Source of the DNA: a virus | Taxonomy: Duplodnaviria > Heunggongvirae > Uroviricota > Caudoviricetes | Length of the DNA stretch: 36,199 nucleotides | Direction: 5' to 3' (one strand) | Virus record (IMG/VR): IMGVR_UViG_2778261083_000005 | Notes under the pieces: model-generated | What the model was told of the DNA's origin: nothing | Databases searched by the model: none | What the model saw: only the letters and a program-made list of their open reading frames with translations | Position numbers and translations under genes: made by a program | Part shown: positions 26,217-35,167 of the stretch, one piece after another | Layout: each line of letters starts with the position of its first letter | Numbering within the stretch: position 1 is the first letter of the stretch

Positions 26217-28109
26217 TTAATCAGTTCCCTCAGTAAAGAATTTGATTGCGCTAGTTAGTACATAGTCAATAAAAAACTTTACGTGAAAAACCTGAAAGGA
26301 GTTATTGGCTGCGTTTTGAGTGAAATCTACAGCTATCTCTTTTAGGTTAATCAACCAGTTGTATTCTTCGGTCAGTCTGGTTCTAGCATCCCCATCAGAA
26401 TAACGATTCCGCAAGCTAAATGCCAGTTTCCTCATGAGGACTGGGTCAAGTTTCCTATAGCTTTCAATGAAAACTTCAGGAGGAACCAAGTGTAAAAAAG
26501 GCACGTTATGAAGATTTAACTGCCTATTATTAGAATGACTCAATTCAGATACGAACGATAAGTTTCCCCTTTGCAACTCATCGCTGAACTGCAACGCAAA
26601 TTCCGGAATTGATTCATCAAACCGTTTCTTCTTCGCTATCTCAATATGCTCAATAATGAGTTTGAATTCATCGCTATCCCTGTCAAGAAAACCAAAGCCA
26701 CGCCATGCCCTTAATTCGTTATAATGCGTTTGCGCATATTCCTTATGTATATCTTCAGCTCTAAGTCTATTATAATAATTATTTATATTCTGTTTTGTCT
26801 CATTTATGAGATCATGAACATCATCTGTTGTTAGACCTTCTTTCGCCATGTCCAGCAAAATACTCGCGGTCATCAGGAGTTCACCTAAGGAAGTGATCTT
26901 ACCTGAAAATAGATTATCCTTGGCAATGGCGTACTGCTCATTAAGCATAGTTTCATTAAGTTCTCGATAGTTCCACAAATACTCCCATGCTTGGGCATCG
27001 GTGCTTCTAAAAAATCGCGTAATATCCAACTGAGCGAGAAGTTCACTCGTTACCTTTCCATCACAGATTAGCTCCCTCCAGTACGCACCATCCAGTAACT
27101 TCTCGGTTAATACAGGAGATGAATATTTCTCGGCGATCATGTCATACTTAGTTTTGGTACGCTCTTTACCTAAAAACATACCATAATTAACATTGCTGAT
27201 TGAATCGAAATCCTCGTAGTTAAGGTTCCCTCCCCGGTACTCTATCGAGAAAATTAACAACTGCTGGAAAAATACCCTCATAAAATCGTCGTTGCTGACA
27301 TATTTATTTCCCAAAAGGGAAATGATGCGTTGTACATCAAGAAAGAACTGCCTCAAGTGTCTTAGATTATTATATTTCGCCGACACATAGATGTCTTCTA
27401 TGGCCTGCATATCTTCTTTAAATATATTAGCAACGTGTAAACTGCTAATTACGCCCAAAAAAACATTACAAGCACTATGTAAATCTGACGTTACTTCAAA
27501 TGTTTTACCAACAAGCTTTTCTTTTGTTCTCATATATTCGCTGCTAGATTTCTCATCATCATTATTTATTCGCTTTTCTCTATTGATTATTTCTTCTTCA
27601 TTGGCAACCAAGATCGCTTTGTATCCGTTTACTTCTACAAAGTGGTTTATATATCCAAATAAAATTGGTAAATCTATACCAGCTCTCTCGATATCATCAA
27701 AGACCAGCACAAAACCATCTGGTTTTCTACTAAAATCGTTAAGATTAATGGTGGGAACATTGGTATTGACATCAACGTCAGATTTATTATCGCCATTGAG
27801 ATCGATCTTGAAAGTAGCCTTAAGCGTATTTTTTAGTACATTTGCACCAAAGATAAGGGCTTTGTTTGATAGGACAGGATGAAGTTGACGATAGAACTCA
27901 TCTTCAATCTGCTTAATAGAGTTGACGCCATACAAACTCACTTTTAGAAATTTAAACTCTGAATTCTTCTGCTTATATTCTTCAAGAACTTGTTCAATGA
28001 ACCAAGTTTTACCTGATCCCCAAGCACCTTTAAGCATAATGGCGTATTGAGGTTCAGTTGTAAGGCTAAGGTAATATTCTATATAGTCTTTGATGTACGT
28101 ATTGTTCAT
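26217..28109 (-). CDS. KAP-family P-loop NTPase (PifA-like); candidate phage-exclusion protein
   Basis: ATG at 28107-28109 preferred (ORF-track start at 28160 is TTG); Walker A GAWGSGKT and Walker B-like VLVFDDIER in the N-terminal third; long helical C-terminal region; AT-rich; between tum/DinI module and cos. Confidence 0.75.
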   Translation of the reverse strand: MNNTYIKDYIEYYLSLTTEPQYAIMLKGAWGSGKTWFIEQVLEEYKQKNSEFKFLKVSLYGVNSIKQIEDEFYRQLHPVLSNKALIFGANVLKNTLKATFKIDLNGDNKSDVDVNTNVPTINLNDFSRKPDGFVLVFDDIERAGIDLPILFGYINHFVEVNGYKAILVANEEEIINREKRINNDDEKSSSEYMRTKEKLVGKTFEVTSDLHSACNVFLGVISSLHVANIFKEDMQAIEDIYVSAKYNNLRHLRQFFLDVQRIISLLGNKYVSNDDFMRVFFQQLLIFSIEYRGGNLNYEDFDSISNVNYGMFLGKERTKTKYDMIAEKYSSPVLTEKLLDGAYWRELICDGKVTSELLAQLDITRFFRSTDAQAWEYLWNYRELNETMLNEQYAIAKDNLFSGKITSLGELLMTASILLDMAKEGLTTDDVHDLINETKQNINNYYNRLRAEDIHKEYAQTHYNELRAWRGFGFLDRDSDEFKLIIEHIEIAKKKRFDESIPEFALQFSDELQRGNLSFVSELSHSNNRQLNLHNVPFLHLVPPEVFIESYRKLDPVLMRKLAFSLRNRYSDGDARTRLTEEYNWLINLKEIAVDFTQNAANNSFQVFHVKFFIDYVLTSAIKFFTEGTD

Positions 28110-28423
28110 TTTTAGTCCATTTTGATAAAATACATAAACATAGATGGTAAGTAGAGCCAAAGGCCAACTATGGAAAATTCAATCGGTAGTGTACATTGTA
28201 AGGTTATTATTAGTAAATTTTATAGAAATGCCCATAATCTTACAAAATTCAGATTATCCGTTGCGAATTAGTCTGCCATTCGTTAATTAACAAAAGTTAG
28301 CAGAAGAAACGTTTGCATCTTGCACAAAGCAGACGATCATTTATCAAAATGACCTTACACCTTATTTCACTCGTTGCCCAAACTAGCCCCCATCAGAATG
28401 AATCCTCCTGGGGGCAACGTTTC

Positions 28424-28657
28424 TTAATGCAGCCAGCTGTCGTCTTCCCACACCTTCTGCATAATTTTCATCACTTGTTTTCTTTCTTCGTCCAGTTGCA
28501 GTCCGGTCAGTTCCACACCGTTAGAGCTACCTTTGCGGATACGAATTACCGTTTTGGGATACAGGGGGCGCAGATTGCGGTAAAGCTCGGATTCAAGGGC
28601 GTCCAGTGTAGACTGGCTAATCTTCTGCTCTTTATCGATCATTATTTCAATGCGCAT
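28424..28657 (-). CDS. DinI-family protein (SOS-inducible; Tum/DinI-like)
   Basis: 77 aa from ATG at 28655-28657 with GAGGTGA SD; MRIEIMIDK...LDALESEL...KQVMKIMQKVWEDDSWL aligns by eye with E. coli DinI. Confidence 0.75.
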   Translation of the reverse strand: MRIEIMIDKEQKISQSTLDALESELYRNLRPLYPKTVIRIRKGSSNGVELTGLQLDEERKQVMKIMQKVWEDDSWLH

Positions 28658-28667
28658 AAAAGTCACC

Positions 28668-28856
28668 TCAGCTGATGACATCCATTGAGCGGTTGTATTC
28701 GTGGCTTCTGATTTTTGCCATGAGTTCATCAGTCAATTCAGAAACCCACTGCAGAGCCAGCCCCTTCTCTTCATCACTACACTCACTAGCCGCTACAAGC
28801 TTAAGAAAAAAATCAATGCGCTGGAGCTTCAAAGACTCCAAAAAATAGTCCTGCAT
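28668..28856 (-). CDS. Small hypothetical protein (62 aa), first gene of the LexA-controlled operon; possible antirepressor component
   Basis: ATG at 28854-28856 with AGGAGG SD 6 nt upstream; stop immediately precedes the DinI-like RBS; downstream of the LexA box. Confidence 0.55.
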   Translation of the reverse strand: MQDYFLESLKLQRIDFFLKLVAASECSDEEKGLALQWVSELTDELMAKIRSHEYNRSMDVIS

Positions 28857-28897
28857 CTTTCCTCCTATGACACCACACGCAATGCTGTACGTATAAC

Positions 28898-28917
28898 CAC
28901 TGTTTATATTTACAGTA
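28898..28917 (-). promoter_or_regulatory. LexA box (SOS operator) overlapping the -10 of the promoter for the small ORF/DinI-like operon
   Basis: Minus-strand TACTGTAAATATAAACAGTG = CTGT-N8-ACAG with AT-rich spacer; TTTACA (-35-like) and TATACT (-10-like) around it. Confidence 0.6.
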
Positions 28918-29009
28918 TATAATAATCTTACTGATGTAAAACGTTTTTTTACGTTCATCAGCCTGATATGCCTGGTATTATTAAGAGCACGAATTGTTAA
29001 CCCGCGTAA

Positions 29010-31424
29010 TTAATACAGATCCCGCCACTTATCATCTTCCTGCAAACGCTGGTTCCGATAGAAGATACGCAGGCCTGCTCCTGACGGAATACTGCCACCG
29101 CGAAGGAGTAAATCGACCTCTTTCTCGCTGCCATCAAATCCTCTGGACTTCAGTTCATAGACGAGCTGCTGTCGCTGATGATCTGTAATTCGCTGTTTGT
29201 AGTCTCTACGCCGTTTCGGTTTCACCAGGCGTAACCTTGCAGCCAGTTCCCGGCGCTCCTTTTTGTTCATACTGTGCAGGTAATCGTGCAACTCCTTGTC
29301 ATCCATGCGGGTAAAGTCCGTTCTGGGGTCCCCATCAGCTGATTTATCTTTCTCCTGTTGGTTCAAATTTTCAGCAAGGGGACAGTTATTGCCACGAGTC
29401 CAAGGGGCGCAAGCGCCCTGGTCGGCTGCCGCCTCCTGAACGTCAACGGCTTTACGAACCATTTTCCACTTCACTGCATGAGTGCAGATCTTGCCCTCTG
29501 CAATGGGTGACCAGATGCCATAAATACGAATGCCGTGATCGCCATAGGCGGTCGGCTCTTCGTTGATTTCATAAGCGGTTCTGATGAGGTGATATTTACG
29601 GGGAACCAGTACGCCGCCCTGCTTCATGATGTAGGTGGCAAAACAACCAGCATCAGCAGCAGCCAGAATGGCATCAAGACGCGGGTTATCCAGTACCGGC
29701 GCACCTGCTTTTTTGTCACCCTGTTGCCTTGCCGCCTGACCAGCCAGCAAGCGAAGTTCACGGTAAGCCTGACGCCCCGGAATACCAAAGAAGCGGAATT
29801 GCTGAACACGATGCAGAGACGCCCAGGCATTCACGTATTCAGCGTTATCACGCAGAGATTTACCCGTTTCCTTGCTGATCTCGCCAGCCAGACCACGACC
29901 GTCAATGTTCTTACTGATATATTTCGCGATGTAGCTTGTCGGCGTTCCTTTGCGCGGGTTAATCAACTCAGACTTAAAGCGCGGCCCAGTGTTATTGCCC
30001 AGCTCCTCGCGGTCTTCACGGATGGCAAACTTACGCAGTAATGCAGTGATGGCACGGCGGTCTTTTTTGCGCATGAAACACAACAGGTGCCAGTGAACTG
30101 TGCCATCATGATGCGGCTCAGCCACCCGCACGCCATACCAGCGCAACCCGGCTTTGTGCATCGCCTTACGAAATGCAGCAAACATGCCGACCAGATAATC
30201 GCTGCTTTGTCTTACCGTCGCGTTTGTCCAGGTCGGGTTTGGTCTGCCGTTATTTAGCGTGGAATGGAAACGCGACGGACAGGTGATAGTGTAGAAAACG
30301 GCGCAGTCACCGCGCATTTCCGCGATAAGCTCCAGACCTTTAACACAGGCCATCATCTCATTGCGGCGATGCGCAGGGTTGCTGCTGCTGGCGTTTACCA
30401 CATCCTCCATGTCCAGCGTGTCGCCGTCTTCGTTCACCAGTTCATGAGAACGGAAAAACTCCAGCGACTTACGGCGCTGCTCACGTTTATGCATCACGGC
30501 TTCATAGCTGACATAAGGAGATGCTTTTTTGCTGACCAGGCAAACAGCGCGCAACTGCTCTTCCCGCCATTCGCAACGCATCTTCCATAATTTCCGATAC
30601 CACCAGTCGGCGCACAACATACGCGCCAGCGAACCCGGAATGAGTTCATAGGGCACGGGTTTACGGCGGTTTCTTTTCCGACGGAGTTGCTCAAACGCAG
30701 GTGGGATGACATCCAGACGCAGGGTTTCCGCTGCCACCTTTTCCCATGTCTTGCGGATTTCTTCTGGCTTAACGTCATCGGTGGCATACAAATCACCACA
30801 AGCTGCATCAAGGCACATACTCATATGCGCAGCTACCAGGGTGGACAGGCGTTTCACCTGATCCTGACTCATTTCAGGCAGGATCAGCAGGCCGTCCAGC
30901 CCTTCATGGCTTGCCATAAAGCGAAAAGATGCAGATAGCTGACTGTCGCGTACATGCTCCAGTCGTTCCAGACATGGCTTAATCGTCTCACGTAAATAGC
31001 GGGAATAAGCCTTTGGCCTGCCCAGGCTGCTGAAGTATTCAATACGTTGCATCAGCGGCTTGCTGATATGGGAAGGCTGGGCGTTGACGTCCGCCAGAAT
31101 GACCATGTCTGAATTAAAACGCTGCTGCTCATGCGCCAGCTTTGCCCGGCTAATGAGCTTATCCTGCTCCATTTCGCGCTGGACAGGATCACGTGATTCA
31201 TTAAAGAAATAACGCTCCCAGACCTGATCACTCACTGCCTCGCGGCGCAACTGTTCCTGCTCGTTATCGGCAGCGTACAGAGTGATCAGGTTTGAAAGCG
31301 TAGAAACCGGCGCAACTTCCGCCGGGTCCAGATAAGGGTTAATGGCCTTTTTCGGGCTGTTCCATGAGAATGCTGCGGCAGCCTCGTTAAAGCCGCAGCA
31401 GTTGTTCATATCGGCATGACTCAT
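29010..31424 (-). CDS. A: Replication initiation protein gpA (rolling-circle nickase)
   Basis: 804 aa; conserved [15 protein letters not shown] and [12 protein letters not shown] motifs shared with P2 gpA; ATG overlaps the dam stop. Confidence 0.9.
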   Translation of the reverse strand: MSHADMNNCCGFNEAAAAFSWNSPKKAINPYLDPAEVAPVSTLSNLITLYAADNEQEQLRREAVSDQVWERYFFNESRDPVQREMEQDKLISRAKLAHEQQRFNSDMVILADVNAQPSHISKPLMQRIEYFSSLGRPKAYSRYLRETIKPCLERLEHVRDSQLSASFRFMASHEGLDGLLILPEMSQDQVKRLSTLVAAHMSMCLDAACGDLYATDDVKPEEIRKTWEKVAAETLRLDVIPPAFEQLRRKRNRRKPVPYELIPGSLARMLCADWWYRKLWKMRCEWREEQLRAVCLVSKKASPYVSYEAVMHKREQRRKSLEFFRSHELVNEDGDTLDMEDVVNASSSNPAHRRNEMMACVKGLELIAEMRGDCAVFYTITCPSRFHSTLNNGRPNPTWTNATVRQSSDYLVGMFAAFRKAMHKAGLRWYGVRVAEPHHDGTVHWHLLCFMRKKDRRAITALLRKFAIREDREELGNNTGPRFKSELINPRKGTPTSYIAKYISKNIDGRGLAGEISKETGKSLRDNAEYVNAWASLHRVQQFRFFGIPGRQAYRELRLLAGQAARQQGDKKAGAPVLDNPRLDAILAAADAGCFATYIMKQGGVLVPRKYHLIRTAYEINEEPTAYGDHGIRIYGIWSPIAEGKICTHAVKWKMVRKAVDVQEAAADQGACAPWTRGNNCPLAENLNQQEKDKSADGDPRTDFTRMDDKELHDYLHSMNKKERRELAARLRLVKPKRRRDYKQRITDHQRQQLVYELKSRGFDGSEKEVDLLLRGGSIPSGAGLRIFYRNQRLQEDDKWRDLY

Positions 31425-32278
31425 GCACGTACTCCGTACACGGCAGAACTATCCACGCCACGCGAATAATCAAATCCCACCCAGCAGCGCGGCCCGGAAA
31501 CAGCAATGATTTCTGTTGCTGATTTACCCTCGCCAGCTGCCACACCGATGCTGCGTTTTGCCTTGATGTAGTGGTGAGTAAAATTGCGATACAGCGAACG
31601 GATCAGGGATGTGTCACTGTTAGAAACAATGACCGGATGTCCTTCTGATGACCGATGTTCAAGAACAGATGCCAGGTGATACTGGTCATCTTCAGTGAAG
31701 CCGTCAGTGTGATAGCCGGAAAACGTACCGTCATACGGCGGATCGCAATACACCACATCCCCCGCCTTCAACATCGCCAGCGTTTCATCAAAGCTGGCGC
31801 AGATAAACGTTGCTCGCTGGGCCTTTTCTGCAAATGCGCGAATTTCTTTTTCAGGGAAATACGGATTTTTATAATTACCGTAGGGAATGTTGAAATGCCC
31901 GCTCTTGTTATAGCGACATAAACCACGGTAACCGTGACGATTGAGATACAGGAAATATACCGCTTTCATGAAATCAGTAATTTCAGTGGAGTAATTAAAC
32001 TCCTGCCTTATGTTGTAATAAGCCACCTCCCTGTTTGCGATCTCAAATAAAACTCTGGCGCGAGATATAAACGATTCACAATCAGCGGCAACCTTTTTAT
32101 AGAGGTTGATTAAATCAGGATTAATATCCGCAACCAGATAGCTGGGGTAATCCGTCTCCATCATCACAGCACAGGAACCCGCGAAAGGTTCAACCAGTCG
32201 CGGGCCAGCAGGAAGGTGTTTTTTCAGTTCGGACATAATGGCGGTTTTATTTCCCGCCCATTTCAGGATGGTGCTCAT
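31421..32278 (-). CDS. dam: DNA N6-adenine methyltransferase (Dam family)
   Basis: 285 aa from ATG at 32276-32278 ([11 protein letters not shown]...); FAGSCAV AdoMet motif and DPPY catalytic motif ([10 protein letters not shown]). Confidence 0.85.
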   Translation of the reverse strand: MSTILKWAGNKTAIMSELKKHLPAGPRLVEPFAGSCAVMMETDYPSYLVADINPDLINLYKKVAADCESFISRARVLFEIANREVAYYNIRQEFNYSTEITDFMKAVYFLYLNRHGYRGLCRYNKSGHFNIPYGNYKNPYFPEKEIRAFAEKAQRATFICASFDETLAMLKAGDVVYCDPPYDGTFSGYHTDGFTEDDQYHLASVLEHRSSEGHPVIVSNSDTSLIRSLYRNFTHHYIKAKRSIGVAAGEGKSATEIIAVSGPRCWVGFDYSRGVDSSAVYGVRA

Positions 32279-32502
32279 ACAGCACCTCCGTTGTAATGTT
32301 TGCCTTTCAGCTCTGCGATTTCCTGGCAGGTAATGCAAAGCTGCACTCCCGGAATGGCGCGGCGTCGTGCTGGCGGAATTGGCGCTTCACATTCAATACA
32401 AAGCACGCGAGACACGCCCGGTGTTTTGGCACGGGCAGCACGAATATGGCGCTGGCGTTCTTCTTCAACGCGCTGCTGTACGAGATCCATTGCATCAGCC
32501 AT
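32275..32502 (-). CDS. TraR/DksA-family C4 zinc-finger protein
   Basis: 75 aa; CIECEAPIP...CITCQ four-cysteine motif; ATG overlaps the upstream stop. Confidence 0.7.
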   Translation of the reverse strand: MADAMDLVQQRVEEERQRHIRAARAKTPGVSRVLCIECEAPIPPARRRAIPGVQLCITCQEIAELKGKHYNGGAV

Positions 32503-32735
32503 TAGTGGATCTCCTGCGCTTCGTTCTGGATTGCTTCAGCAGTTACACGCAGTAGTTCTGCTGCTTCCACGTGGTTTAGCTGACGGGATGAGATATGACA
32601 CGCCAGGCTATCAAGGCGAGCTGCCATTGCTTCAGCCCTTGCCCGGCGTTCTTCCAGACGAGCCACTGTCAGTAAAATATTAAGCCCTGCATCATCCGAT
32701 CCGGTTTTAGTCGTGAGGATCTCAATATTACGCAT
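32502..32735 (-). CDS. Hypothetical early-region protein
   Basis: 77 aa from ATG at 32733-32735 with AGGAG SD; translationally coupled to the zinc-finger gene. Confidence 0.5.
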   Translation of the reverse strand: MRNIEILTTKTGSDDAGLNILLTVARLEERRARAEAMAARLDSLACHISSRQLNHVEAAELLRVTAEAIQNEAQEIH

Positions 32736-32802
32736 AATCAATTCTCCTGAATTTAGATAAAGGGATGCTCGGCGGGTTTACGCCATTAATTTCATTAGTT
32801 GG

Positions 32803-33144
32803 TTAATTCGGCATGGTTAGCCGTCTGGGAAATAAGCTCACCACTGCACGAAAATGATTCATTGCTTTAATCAACTCCCGCTTTTCGTCAGTGGTCAGCT
32901 CATTGATGCTGATGCTATGACGTTCAGCCGGAATTTTTGCCATAAAGAATATGGCTGCCAGTGCTCGTTTATTTTGTTCGTTATTGATATCCCGTGGATC
33001 ACGCATATCTTTAATAAACCGCTCAAGCTCTGACTCAATATTCAGGCCAAAAACTTTTGCCCTTAATTCCGCTATGTGATTAAGTCCATTCAGGCGTTCA
33101 CCGGGGCTTAATGGAACAGTCGCCGCAGCGCCTTCAATAGCCAT
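32803..33144 (-). CDS. Hypothetical early-region protein
   Basis: 113 aa; ATG at 33142-33144 with GGGGGA SD; no family recognised. Confidence 0.5.
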   Translation of the reverse strand: MAIEGAAATVPLSPGERLNGLNHIAELRAKVFGLNIESELERFIKDMRDPRDINNEQNKRALAAIFFMAKIPAERHSISINELTTDEKRELIKAMNHFRAVVSLFPRRLTMPN

Positions 33145-33308
33145 TTGTTCCCCCGTTTTTTCGTAGATAGTTCTGCCAGCAATTCATCTTGTGAACGGCA
33201 CGGATGCCAGCGTTTACCATCCTCACCCATGATCCAGCCGTGACCGTAGTGCATTGCCGGGCTTTGTTTTACCAGCAGCGATGCAAATGATGGTTCTTTC
33301 GTCAGCAT
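33108..33308 (-). CDS. Hypothetical early-region protein
   Basis: 66 aa from internal ATG (MLTKEPSF...); occupies the slot after cII; start uncertain. Confidence 0.4.
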   Translation of the reverse strand: MLTKEPSFASLLVKQSPAMHYGHGWIMGEDGKRWHPCRSQDELLAELSTKKRGNKWLLKALRRLFH

Positions 33309-33315
33309 AAGCACC

Positions 33316-33825
33316 TCACAGCAAACCGAATGAAGCACCGAGGCCAGTCACGGTATCAACTGCACTCGCCATCGCAGGATTAGCCTGTAAACGGGCCTGC
33401 AATGAAACAGCAGCCAGCGCCATCAGTCGTGTTACAGAGTTAATGCTGCTGATAGCATCACGACGACCGGCACTAGTTTTTACATCACCAGATACCGCAC
33501 CTGCTGCAACACGTCCGATCTCTGCAGTTGCGCTCATGACGTAATGCGGCAGTTTCTCTTTTGCAACCTCATTAATCGGTACACATGGCAGGCAGTGAAT
33601 CTGTGCCAGAAAACCATCTACCAGCGTTGAATCTTCAGTCAGATCGGTAAGCAGCCAGATTTCTGGTGCGGTTAATAAATGAGGCTGAGCTGGGTTCAGC
33701 TTGTTCCGCAGAATCTGCACATTCATGCCTGCACGTTCTGCCAGTTGCACCAGATTGTGGCGCAGTGCAAATGCACGACAGGCTTCATCAAAATGTGGAT
33801 GTTTGGAAACTTGGTAATCAAACAT
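33316..33825 (-). CDS. cII: CII-like transcriptional activator (186 CII family)
   Basis: 169 aa from ATG at 33823-33825; [19 protein letters not shown]...[25 protein letters not shown] closely matches 186 CII as recalled. Confidence 0.8.
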   Translation of the reverse strand: MFDYQVSKHPHFDEACRAFALRHNLVQLAERAGMNVQILRNKLNPAQPHLLTAPEIWLLTDLTEDSTLVDGFLAQIHCLPCVPINEVAKEKLPHYVMSATAEIGRVAAGAVSGDVKTSAGRRDAISSINSVTRLMALAAVSLQARLQANPAMASAVDTVTGLGASFGLL

Positions 33826-33857
33826 GGTCAATGCCTCTGATGTATTTCAGAATCGAA

Positions 33858-34079
33858 CTAATTAAGGTTTAGATTGCATTCTGAAAGCGCATCAACGGTC
33901 ATGGCTGCTATGTTGATCATCACTTTTTCGCGTTTTTTATCTTTGCGCAAACGGTGACGGATAAGGCGTCCATCAGCCAACATGTCATTGATGGTATCGA
34001 TGGACAGTCCTGTCAGCTCGCTATAGCGTTCAATAGTCACATGAGGCGTGGTAAGAGTGATTGAAATGTTAGGTCTCAT
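33858..34079 (-). CDS. apl: Apl/Cox-like excisionase and transcriptional repressor
   Basis: 73 aa with HTH ([24 protein letters not shown]); first gene of the lytic operon, divergent from cI. Confidence 0.65.
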   Translation of the reverse strand: MRPNISITLTTPHVTIERYSELTGLSIDTINDMLADGRLIRHRLRKDKKREKVMINIAAMTVDALSECNLNLN

Positions 34080-34204
34080 GATGCAACATTCCTCGTTTAA
34101 TGATGATTAATCAGGACGAATACGGATCGTTTGTATTTTGTGAACACCATAAACATACGATCGCACTATGAAATCGTCAAGATAAAAGTTCACTTGGAGT
34201 GACC
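34080..34204. promoter_or_regulatory. Immunity switch region (lytic and lysogenic promoters plus operators) between apl and cI
   Basis: 125-bp intergenic region between divergent apl and cI; contains inverted repeats (aatac-N8-gtatt; tgtgaac ... gttcac) as candidate operators. Confidence 0.4.
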
Positions 34205-34774
34205 ATGAATTTGGAGAAAGGCGGACGAGGCGCTATAGAGCGCATGGTAGAAGCTTATGGATTCAAAACTCGACAGGCGTTGTGCGATCATTTAGGAATC
34301 TCTAAAAGTACACTCGCTACACGCTACATGCGTGACTCATTCCCAGCAGAATGGGTAATCCAGTGCGCCCTTGAAACGGGCACCTCGCTTAATTGGCTCA
34401 CAACTGGACATGGTTCAAAGCAAACTTCAGGTAATACAAATACGATGGAAGTTGCTAAATATGTATTATCTGATGGTGCCTTGCGTGAAGACGGTTTTTA
34501 TATTTTTGATAAGGGATTTCTACCCTCTACGTTTAAAAAACCTTTTGTCATCACAGATAACAATTCTGAATTTATTTGTGATAAAGAATTTGATGATATA
34601 CGTGATGGTAAATGGGTAATAAGTATTGATGGCGAAATAACAATCCGCGACATTACTCGTTTACCCGGTGGAAGAATCTTCGTTGAAGGTGGAAACAGAT
34701 CCTTCGAGTGCAAGATAGAAGATGTTGAAATAATTGGAAAAATTATAAGTTTAACAATTAAGTACGTTAGGTAA
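34205..34774 (+). CDS. cI: CI-like immunity repressor (186 CI family)
   Basis: 189 aa from ATG at 34205 with GGAG SD; ...EAYGF...CALETGTSLNWLTTGHG... aligns by eye with 186 CI. Confidence 0.8.
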   Translation: MNLEKGGRGAIERMVEAYGFKTRQALCDHLGISKSTLATRYMRDSFPAEWVIQCALETGTSLNWLTTGHGSKQTSGNTNTMEVAKYVLSDGALREDGFYIFDKGFLPSTFKKPFVITDNNSEFICDKEFDDIRDGKWVISIDGEITIRDITRLPGGRIFVEGGNRSFECKIEDVEIIGKIISLTIKYVR

Positions 34775-34789
34775 TACCGGGAGGAAACT

Positions 34790-34981
34790 ATGCTTGGTAA
34801 GGTATTTTTTGTGGTTTTATCATGCTCTTTGTTATTAAACCCACTAACTACCTATGCTAAAAATTATCCTTGTTCTGGGAAAAAGGGAGGTGTCTCTCAC
34901 TGTACCTCCGATGGAAAGTTCGTTTGCAATGATGGAACTATTAGTAAATCAAAAAAAATCTGTACTAAAAACTCGCGATAA
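34790..34981 (+). CDS. Small secreted Cys-rich, Lys-rich peptide (63 aa), probable moron
   Basis: GGAGG SD 7 nt upstream of ATG; N-terminal signal peptide ([23 protein letters not shown]) and a mature part with four Cys; co-oriented with cI and int. Confidence 0.55.
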   Translation: MLGKVFFVVLSCSLLLNPLTTYAKNYPCSGKKGGVSHCTSDGKFVCNDGTISKSKKICTKNSR

Positions 34982-35167
34982 TTTTTGCTTTTATATCTGC
35001 GCCTAATATAACAATGAGCCGCAGGCTAACCGCAAAAGTCACATACTCACATAGCAAAAAATAGCCAACTTCATTATGGCTTCAGTGAGATGTATGGTCG
35101 CAAGATTTCATACATTGACACTGGTTATACATACAGTAAAAATGCTCTCTATTGGAGGGCATTTTTT

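Noticed and set aside
28386-28415. Inverted repeat gccccca ... tgggggc downstream of the DinI-like gene as a terminator
   Set aside because: 7-bp stem with a 16-nt loop and no clear T-tract on the minus strand; too weak to call an intrinsic terminator.
35090-35167. Upstream extension of the integrase ORF in the ORF track
   Set aside because: The extension lacks an RBS; ATG at 35168 has a GGAGG Shine-Dalgarno and gives an N-terminus (MAVRKLTTGKW) matching P2-family integrases.
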